This document shows positions 57,944-64,000 of a DNA stretch of 64,000 nt, in pieces. The notes beneath the pieces were generated by a model, which was not told where the DNA came from, did no database searches, and was given only the letters and a program-made list of their open reading frames with translations. The stretch comes from an uncultured Pirellulales bacterium. Lineage in GTDB: Bacteria; Planctomycetota; Phycisphaerae; Sedimentisphaerales; Anaerobacaceae. The position numbers and the translations under genes were made by a program. Numbering within the stretch: position 1 is the first letter of the stretch; every line of letters begins with the position of its first letter. The stretch covers positions 6,102 through 70,101 of the forward strand of contig CAZHVR010000003.1 in NCBI GenBank assembly GCA_964536225.1, written 5' to 3'.

Positions 57944-58948
57944 ATGGCGTTGAAGATTTTTTACGAGAAGGACGCGCCGATTAAGCCGTTGAAGGGCAAA
58001 AAGGTGGCGACAATAGGTTACGGTAGCCAGGGGCACGCGCACAGCTTGAATTTACGCGACAGCGGCGTGAAGATCGCGGTGGCGGAGCTGCCGGGGACGG
58101 CAAATTACAAGCTGGCGAAAAAGCACGGTTTTTCGCCGACAAATATAACGTCGGCTATGAAAGGCGCATCGCTGATAATCATCACCCTGCCGGACGTGGT
58201 CCAAGCGAAGGTTTACGAGGGACAAATCAAGCCCAATCTCGTAGCGGGGCAAACCTTAGGATTCTGTCACGGTTTTAACATTCATTTCAAATACATCGTG
58301 CCGCCCAAAGGCAACAACGTGGTTATGATTGCGCCGAAGGGGCCGGGGCATTTAGTCAGAAGCGAGTTTCAAAAAGGCGGCGGGGTACCCTGTCTTGTTG
58401 CGGTGGCCAGGGACGCGACGGGCGACGCAATGAAAACGGCGCTTGCCTGGGGCAACGGCATAGGCGGCGCCCGTGCAGGGATTATAAAGACGACGTTCAA
58501 GGAAGAGACCGAGACGGACCTGTTCGGCGAGCAGTGCGTGCTGTGCGGCGGGCTGACGTCGCTGATAAAGGCGGGCTTCGAGACGCTCCTGGAGGCAGGT
58601 TATCAGCCGGAGATTGCCTATTTCGAATGTATGCACGAGGTGAAGCTCATTGTTGACCTGATGTATCAGGGAGGGATGAGCTATATGCGGTACAGTATTT
58701 CCGATACGGCTGAATACGGCGATTTGACGCGAGGCCCGAGGATTATCACGTCGAAAACAAAGGCCGAGATGAAAAAGATTCTCAAAGAAATCACCAGCGG
58801 GAAATTCCCCAAAGAATGGATGAAGGAATACCGGACGGGCCTGAAGAAATTCAACAAGCTTTACAAAAAGGACTACAACTGCAAGCTCGAAAAGGTGGGC
58901 AGGAAGCTGCGAAGAATGATGAAGTGGATTGACTCCAAGGAAGTGTAA
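57944..58948 (+). CDS. ilvC: Ketol-acid reductoisomerase
   Basis: GYGSQGHAHSLNLRDSG NADP-binding motif. Class I length of 334 aa. Confidence 0.97.
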   Translation: MALKIFYEKDAPIKPLKGKKVATIGYGSQGHAHSLNLRDSGVKIAVAELPGTANYKLAKKHGFSPTNITSAMKGASLIIITLPDVVQAKVYEGQIKPNLVAGQTLGFCHGFNIHFKYIVPPKGNNVVMIAPKGPGHLVRSEFQKGGGVPCLVAVARDATGDAMKTALAWGNGIGGARAGIIKTTFKEETETDLFGEQCVLCGGLTSLIKAGFETLLEAGYQPEIAYFECMHEVKLIVDLMYQGGMSYMRYSISDTAEYGDLTRGPRIITSKTKAEMKKILKEITSGKFPKEWMKEYRTGLKKFNKLYKKDYNCKLEKVGRKLRRMMKWIDSKEV

Positions 58949-58970
58949 AAAGAAAAGTAAAAAGGACTGG

Positions 58971-58997
58971 ATTCCCGCTTTCGCGGGAATGACAAAA
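58971..58997 (+). repeat. 19-nt repeat copy B embedded in the hairpin ATTCCCGC-TTTC-GCGGGAAT, downstream of ilvC
   Basis: Perfect 8-bp stem at 58971-58978/58983-58990. The 19-mer at 58979-58997 is identical to copy A. Confidence 0.9.
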
Positions 58998-59012
58998 GCA
59001 AAAGGAATCGTG

Positions 59013-59765
59013 ATGCCGGCGAAAATGATAAGATTGTCGGTTCTGGTATTGTGCGGGTTAGTGTCGGGCTGCATGGTGGTGGAGTTTTTTAAGCCGGCTG
59101 GACCGCCCTCTAATCAGGAGATTTATGACGTTTATCGTCAAATCACATTAGACCAAAGCACAAGCGCGGACGTGATTCTGTTGTTCGCAAAGCCCGAATA
59201 CGGCCTAATCAGCCAGAGCAAAAGTATTATCGCCCAGGCGGGCCAGAAGAAAAAAGGCCATAAGTCGTGGTTTAATATGGCGGCGTTCGACGAGAACTCG
59301 CTGATAGTGAACCGCAAATACGTTTTCATTGTCGATGAGCGTCCCAAGCAGCTTTTCGTCGAGCCGTGGGAGGGCGTCTATTTCGATTGTCAGATAACTG
59401 TTCCTGAAGAGGTCCTCAACGAACCTTATGCCAACGATAACGCCAGGCGCATCGCCATACTCAAGCAGGTCGGGGCGGACACCCGGGAGGACACAAAAGA
59501 GGTCGGCACCGACAATGCGGTCATCGCAACGGACGGAATGATAGTCGGCCAGGCGATAGACGCCGCGGTTGTTAAACTAAATGCCTCGCCGGCGCTGGCA
59601 GCCGAATTGAGTGAGCCGCAGGGCCTGGCGTTCGAGGAACTCAGCTTCGACAAGGGCCGGCTGCGGATGGTGGTGGACGGCAGCGTCGCTACTGTCAAAT
59701 TGCGGCTCGGCTCATACGCGAAGAAGTGGAAGGTCAGCTTAGAAAAGCCCGTCGAGCCGAAATAA
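59013..59765 (+). CDS. Hypothetical lipoprotein
   Basis: MPAKMIRLSVLVLCGLVSGC lipobox. SD AAGGA. The tracked ORF start at 58929 adds a repeat-derived IPAFAGMT extension, which is rejected. Confidence 0.7.
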   Translation: MPAKMIRLSVLVLCGLVSGCMVVEFFKPAGPPSNQEIYDVYRQITLDQSTSADVILLFAKPEYGLISQSKSIIAQAGQKKKGHKSWFNMAAFDENSLIVNRKYVFIVDERPKQLFVEPWEGVYFDCQITVPEEVLNEPYANDNARRIAILKQVGADTREDTKEVGTDNAVIATDGMIVGQAIDAAVVKLNASPALAAELSEPQGLAFEELSFDKGRLRMVVDGSVATVKLRLGSYAKKWKVSLEKPVEPK

Positions 59766-59805
59766 GGCACCGTCTTTTCAACTGCAACAGGTCATTTCGA
59801 GAAAA

Positions 59806-60170
59806 ATCAAAAGAGCGGGCCCGTAAGCCGAGTTTTGTTTTAGGCAGCCATTTATCTGGGCCGACCGTTGCCGGCCGGCTCAAGCGACCTACCCGCCGGC
59901 ATTGCCCGGGCAAGGCGCCGGCTTCTTGGTCTTGCAGGCGGTGGGGTTTGCCGTGCCGGGATTGTCGCCAACCCCGCGGTGCGCTCTTACCGCACCATTT
60001 CACCTTTGCATGTCTCGATTGCTCGGGACATCAGCCGTGTATTTTCTGTGGCACTGTCCCGTCCCGATAAATCGGGAGGTGGCCGTTAGCCATCACCGTG
60101 CCCTGTCCTGCTCGGACTTTCCTCCCCGTCCTCGAAACGAGGACGAAGCGACCGCCCGACCCGCTCTTTC
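59806..60170 (-). ncRNA. rnpB: RNase P RNA, bacterial type A
   Basis: Minus-strand read contains GGAGGAAAGUCCGAGC (P4 5' strand), AAAGGUGAAAUGGUGCGGUAAGAGCGCACCGCGGGG, GGGUAGGUCGCUUGAGCC and ACAAAACUCGGCUUAC (P4 3' strand). It is closed by P1 AGAGCGGG/CCCGCUCU. The order and spacing match E. coli M1 RNA. Ends are +/-10 nt. Confidence 0.92.
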
Positions 60171-60228
60171 GGTTTTCAATTGAAATCCGTTCAGTTAATT
60201 CGACGTTATTATACCAAAAAAACGGCTA

Positions 60229-61830
60229 TTATTCTCTTTTAATTTCGGTGTGTCTTTTGAAATGTTCGTCGTCGATGACAGGGTAATCGTTTCGGAAGTG
60301 GACGCCCCTGCTTTCTTTTCGGGCAAGGGCGGACTGCGCTATGAGCTGGCAGACGGTGAGCATATTCTGAAGCTCCCAGCCCTGAGGGGAGTCGAAGGCC
60401 TTATCCATTACATATCGCTGCCAGAAGCTGATGATTTCCTGGGCCTCTTTTAACGGCTGTGCTTTTCGGGTAATCCCTGCGTTTCTCCACATAAGTGCGC
60501 GGAGAGAGTTTTTGACGTCTGTTGCATCGAGTCGAGAGCGGTCGGAATGCGGGATTTGGTACCTGATAGCCGGCTCCCCGCGGTCGGCAGTATTCGATTC
60601 AGAAGCCGCCCGGCCTGCGATTCTTCCGAATACGAGGCCTTCGAGCAGCGAGTTGCTGCCGAGGCGGTTTGCGCCGTGAAGCCCGGTGGAAGCGACCTCG
60701 CCACAAACGTAAAGGTTTTCGATTCCGGTTTTGGCACCAAGGTCGGTCTTGACGCCCCCGACCATATAGTGAGCGCTTGGACGGACGGGTATGAGGTCTT
60801 TGCTGATATCGATATCGAAGCTCTCGCAAAGCTCGCTGATTACGGGGAACCGTTTGGCGAATTTCTGTTTGTCGAAATGGCGAATATCGAGATAGACGTG
60901 CGTGGATTTTGTTTTGAGCATTTGCTCGAGGATGGCCCTGCTGACAACATCTCGCGAGGCAAGCTCGGCGGCGGGGTTGTAATCCTTCATAAAAGCCCTG
61001 CCTTTGGCGTCCAGCAGTACCGCGCCTTCACCGCGAAGTGTCTCGGTAATCAGTGCGCGCGATGCGCCGGCGATATAAAGCGTCGTCGGGTGAAACTGGA
61101 CGAATTCGAGGTCGCACAGAACTGCGCCCGCACGACAGGCAATGGCCAAGCCGTCGGCCGTGGCGCAGGAGGGATTCGTGGTCTCGCGGTAGAGCTGTCC
61201 GGCACCGCCGGTTGCGAGGATTGTATTTGCGGCCCGGACAATCCGAAGCCCTTTGTCTTTCTCCCAGCCGATAACGCCGAGACAACTACCGTCGGTCGTA
61301 AGCAAATCTATGGTGAAAAAGTTTTCGATTATTTTTATGTTTCGCTGCTCTCGTGCCTTCGCGATGAGCGTCTGGGCGATGATTTTGCCGGTTTCGTCAC
61401 CGTGGGCATGAGCAATTCTCGGGTGACTGTGGCCGCCTTCGAGGGTGGTCGCGATTTTGCCGTGGGTGAGGTCGAAGCCGGCCCCCCATTTGAACAGTTG
61501 GCCGACGAGCTGCGGCGCCTGGCGGACGACAAGCTCGACGGTGTCCCGCCGGCAAAGACCGCAGCCGGTGCGGAGCGTATCCTCGATATGTGATTCGAAA
61601 GAGTCGTCTTTGTTCTGGACCGAGGCGATACCGCCCTGGGCGTGCCAGGTGTTGCTGTCCTCGACGGTGCCTTTTGTGAGGACGGTGACGCTGCATTTCC
61701 CGGCGGCCTCGATGGCTGCGCGCAGGCCTGCGACGCCTGCCCCTATAACCAGACAATCGGTCGATTGCTGTGGGAGCGAGGCCGAGTCAATATCGACAAG
61801 ATAGCGTCTGAAGTCCGGCGAAGGGGTCAT
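60229..61830 (-). CDS. nadB: L-aspartate oxidase
   Basis: FAD-binding DCLVIGAGVAGLRAA. Fumarate-reductase/succinate-dehydrogenase-type flavoprotein motifs HAQGGIA and GANRLGSNSLLEGLVFG. 533 aa. Confidence 0.95.
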   Translation of the reverse strand: MTPSPDFRRYLVDIDSASLPQQSTDCLVIGAGVAGLRAAIEAAGKCSVTVLTKGTVEDSNTWHAQGGIASVQNKDDSFESHIEDTLRTGCGLCRRDTVELVVRQAPQLVGQLFKWGAGFDLTHGKIATTLEGGHSHPRIAHAHGDETGKIIAQTLIAKAREQRNIKIIENFFTIDLLTTDGSCLGVIGWEKDKGLRIVRAANTILATGGAGQLYRETTNPSCATADGLAIACRAGAVLCDLEFVQFHPTTLYIAGASRALITETLRGEGAVLLDAKGRAFMKDYNPAAELASRDVVSRAILEQMLKTKSTHVYLDIRHFDKQKFAKRFPVISELCESFDIDISKDLIPVRPSAHYMVGGVKTDLGAKTGIENLYVCGEVASTGLHGANRLGSNSLLEGLVFGRIAGRAASESNTADRGEPAIRYQIPHSDRSRLDATDVKNSLRALMWRNAGITRKAQPLKEAQEIISFWQRYVMDKAFDSPQGWELQNMLTVCQLIAQSALARKESRGVHFRNDYPVIDDEHFKRHTEIKRE

Positions 61831-62513
61831 TGCGTTTTCACTTTCAGCTCAACAGGTCTATCGTTGGCGTCCGGCATCGCAGGTTTCGTCTGGTTGGCAT
61901 CTTTGACCGGTCCGGATGCTTTTCGGGTCATTATATTCTCGTTGGGAAACAGCCGGTCATCATCGGCGTATTTGAGGACAAACAACTGGATTTGCCCGGT
62001 CTGGGAAGTCAAAACAGGAATCCCCTTAACGGACTCGTATCTGACCGCATTGGGGTCCGCCTTGATAAGCTCGTCGAATTTGTCGTCGTCCGTGAGCCAA
62101 ATCTTCAATTGCGATTCGGAAATTGCGACTTTTACGAATGTATGGACAGGTATCATAAAGAACGAATCGATGGGCCATTTGAGCCGGTTAAGCTCATCCT
62201 CGTCTCCCCAGGGCGCTTCTTTGGGAAAGATATCCAAAAATAAACGCCCGTCGAGATTGACCAGCCGTGCCTCGAAAATACCTTTCAGCACGTTCGGGTC
62301 GTCCTTTGACTCGGCGGTATAGATTAGCTGATATACGTTCGGGTCTTGCGAACGAGTGAATTCCCAGGTCACGTCCTTGGCCTCGAACATGCCGAGTAAT
62401 TTCTCGTCGAAAGCCAGCGTTTGATTGTCATACAGGGGGTTTATCGACATAACGGGGACGCAGCCGGCGAGGGTGCCCGCAAGCAGATAAAAAAGCACTT
62501 TTTTGAATTTCAT
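61827..62513 (-). CDS. Hypothetical lipoprotein
   Basis: MKFKKVLFYLLAGTLAGC lipobox. AAGGAG SD. 4-nt overlap with the nadB start. Confidence 0.72.
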   Translation of the reverse strand: MKFKKVLFYLLAGTLAGCVPVMSINPLYDNQTLAFDEKLLGMFEAKDVTWEFTRSQDPNVYQLIYTAESKDDPNVLKGIFEARLVNLDGRLFLDIFPKEAPWGDEDELNRLKWPIDSFFMIPVHTFVKVAISESQLKIWLTDDDKFDELIKADPNAVRYESVKGIPVLTSQTGQIQLFVLKYADDDRLFPNENIMTRKASGPVKDANQTKPAMPDANDRPVELKVKTQ

Positions 62514-62674
62514 AATTGTTCTCCTTAAATCAGTAAGGAATTATGGTATTGTAGCGATTTTGCGGACTGCGGCAATAAGGGATTGTGCAATGACGGGGGC
62601 GGATTTGTCAGGCCGGGCACCGGCCACAGCGAAATGATTTGCAAAAATGCGGTGTTGAGGGGATTATTATCGTT

Positions 62675-63337
62675 ATGTATTACGGGGTGGACGACAACGC
62701 GTTTGAGCGCCAGCGCAAAAAAATGGTGGAAAAAGACCTTATGCCGAGGGGCATCAGTGAAGCGGGTGTGCTTTCGGTTATGGGCCGGCTGCCGAGAGAG
62801 GAGTTTGTGCCGGAGTCGTATCGCACACAGGCATACGACGATTGTCCGCTGCCGATTGGGATGGGCCAGACGATTTCACAGCCGTATATCGTCGCGCTGA
62901 TGACGCAGGAGCTTCGGCTGAATAATTTTTGCGAGGTCCTGGAAATCGGCACCGGCTGCGGTTATCAGACGGCAATCTTGGCCAAACTGGCGAAAAGGGT
63001 CTATACGGTTGAGCGCTTTGCTCCGCTCTCAGAAAAAACGCAGGCGGTACTTGGCCGATTAGGGATTACCAACGTCGAATTTTGTATCGGCGATGGCAGC
63101 GCCGGCTGGTTGGAAAAAAGAAAGTTCGACAGGATTATTGTCACGGCGGCCCTGCCGAAGGTGCCGCAGGAACTGATTGACCAGCTCGGCTCAGGCGGCC
63201 TGATTGTTGCGCCGGTCGGCGGCAGCGGCGTGCAGGAGCTTGTCGTCGGGACAAAAAAACAGGGTAAACTCGTAGAGCGAATGGTGTGTGATGTCAGGTT
63301 TGTCAAACTCATCGGCAGATGCGCATTTGAAGAGTAA
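62675..63337 (+). CDS. pcm: Protein-L-isoaspartate O-methyltransferase
   Basis: PIGMGQTISQPYIVA, SAM-binding LEIGTGCGYQTAILA, IIVTAA. Start set at MYYGVDD (62675); the ORF is open from 62639. Confidence 0.9.
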   Translation: MYYGVDDNAFERQRKKMVEKDLMPRGISEAGVLSVMGRLPREEFVPESYRTQAYDDCPLPIGMGQTISQPYIVALMTQELRLNNFCEVLEIGTGCGYQTAILAKLAKRVYTVERFAPLSEKTQAVLGRLGITNVEFCIGDGSAGWLEKRKFDRIIVTAALPKVPQELIDQLGSGGLIVAPVGGSGVQELVVGTKKQGKLVERMVCDVRFVKLIGRCAFEE

Positions 63338-63350
63338 GGGGGCTAATCGT

Positions 63351-64000
63351 TTGGAACCATCTGCTTCTAAACAGTCCGGCGATATCGACCTCTCGATGGC
63401 GGTGCAGTATTTGAAGGGGGTGGGGCCTGCCAGGGCACAGACGTTCGCAAAGCTTGGGGTCAACACCGTCGCGGACCTGCTGGAATACTATCCGCGTGAC
63501 TGGGTCTTCGCACCGCAGCCGACGAAAATAAACCGGTTAAAGGCGGGCGAAACGGCGACGGTCATCGGGCTGGTCGAATCGACCGATTATCAACCGTATC
63601 GCAGGCAGCCGATTTTCGAAGCAACTGCCAGCGATGATACGGGCATCTGCAGGATAATATGGTTCCACGGCGGGTACCTGAGGGACAAGTTACAGCCGGG
63701 GCAGGTGATAATGGCGTGGGGCAAGGTCAACGAATACAGGCACCAGATTCAGTTGGCCAACCCGAAGTTTGTAACAGTCGAGCAGGAAGCGGAAAAACCC
63801 TGGGAGTATTTCAGCGGAGGGGTATATCCGGCGGTCGCCGGGCTGTCGAGCGGGCAGATAAAAAAGATAATCCGGCCGGTTCTCGACGGTCTGGACCGGG
63901 TCATCGGCGAGTTTTACGACGATGAGTTTCTTAAAAAAACAGAGTTAATAAGCCGAAAGAACGCGCTGCAGTGGATACATCTGCCGCCCGACGAGGACAA
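63351..64000 (+). CDS. recG: ATP-dependent DNA helicase RecG (N-terminal wedge domain; continues past the window end)
   Basis: Frame open to nt 64000 and not in the ORF track. Manual translation: ...LSMAVQYLKGVGPARAQTFAKLGVNTVADLLEYYPRDW...GETATVIGLV...GQVIMAWGKV. Start tentatively TTG 63351 after AAGGGGG; ATG 63396 is the alternative. Confidence 0.85.
   Translation, partial: MEPSASKQSGDIDLSMAVQYLKGVGPARAQTFAKLGVNTVADLLEYYPRDWVFAPQPTKINRLKAGETATVIGLVESTDYQPYRRQPIFEATASDDTGICRIIWFHGGYLRDKLQPGQVIMAWGKVNEYRHQIQLANPKFVTVEQEAEKPWEYFSGGVYPAVAGLSSGQIKKIIRPVLDGLDRVIGEFYDDEFLKKTELISRKNALQWIHLPPDED

Noticed and set aside
57846-57953. 35-codon GTG ORF after rpmH, considered as a possible truncated rnpA
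   Set aside because: It is far too short, shows no RnpA similarity, runs through the 19-nt repeat (..FRGNDK..) and overlaps the ilvC start.
58929-59012. N-terminal extension MTPRKCKKKSKKDWIPAFAGMTKAKGIV of the lipoprotein ORF
   Set aside because: It is a translation of the REP-like repeat and the ilvC 3' end. The true start at 59013 gives a canonical lipoprotein signal peptide.
59726-60286. Five short ORFs (69-114 aa) on both strands
   Set aside because: The region is the RNase P RNA gene. The ORFs are Arg/Pro/Gly-rich artefacts.
60547-61593. 348-aa ORF on the plus strand
   Set aside because: It is antisense to nadB, with no recognisable motifs. Shadow ORF.

Overview
This 64-kb window is densely coding, looks mid-50s % GC by eye, and is mostly housekeeping. 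I support about 49 protein genes on both strands. I found no rRNA, tRNA, CRISPR array, transposase or integrase. Two genes are invisible in the ORF track. One is a bacterial type-A RNase P RNA (about 59806-60170, minus strand), which is overlain by spurious ORFs. The other is a 46-codon rpmH (57705-57845), which falls below the ORF length cut-off. Recognisable genes include ftsH, dsbD, nth, nifJ/PFOR, purQ, lepA, hemW, rny-ymdB, aroC-aroA, nrdR, lpxB, maf, mtnA, uvrA, hsp20, a cold-shock gene, ilvB/ilvN/ilvC, nadB, pcm and recG. The organism is probably an anaerobic Planctomycetota/PVC-type bacterium. That is inference only, from the single-chain PFOR, a PEP-CTERM protein, a very long secretin, a giant beta-helix/dockerin exoprotein and a DUF1570-like HExxH lipoprotein. 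The most unusual locus is 23.98-36.63 kb. It holds an exported paralog of the secretin N-terminus, then an orphan 1023-aa secretin with a (GGC)n-encoded poly-Gly linker, then a 2644-aa secreted subtilase/beta-helix protein 52 nt downstream. No T2SS, T4P or T3SS partner genes occur anywhere in the window. Other points worth a second look:
- an AT-rich Avd-like four-helix-bundle gene wedged into ilvB-ilvN
- a 19-nt repeat bracketing ilvC
- a PDZ-like insertion in an ABC exporter loop
- a stand-alone double ATP-cone protein next to nrdR
- a highly structured 690-bp intergenic region upstream of rny
All family assignments come from motif recognition by eye; no database search was run.
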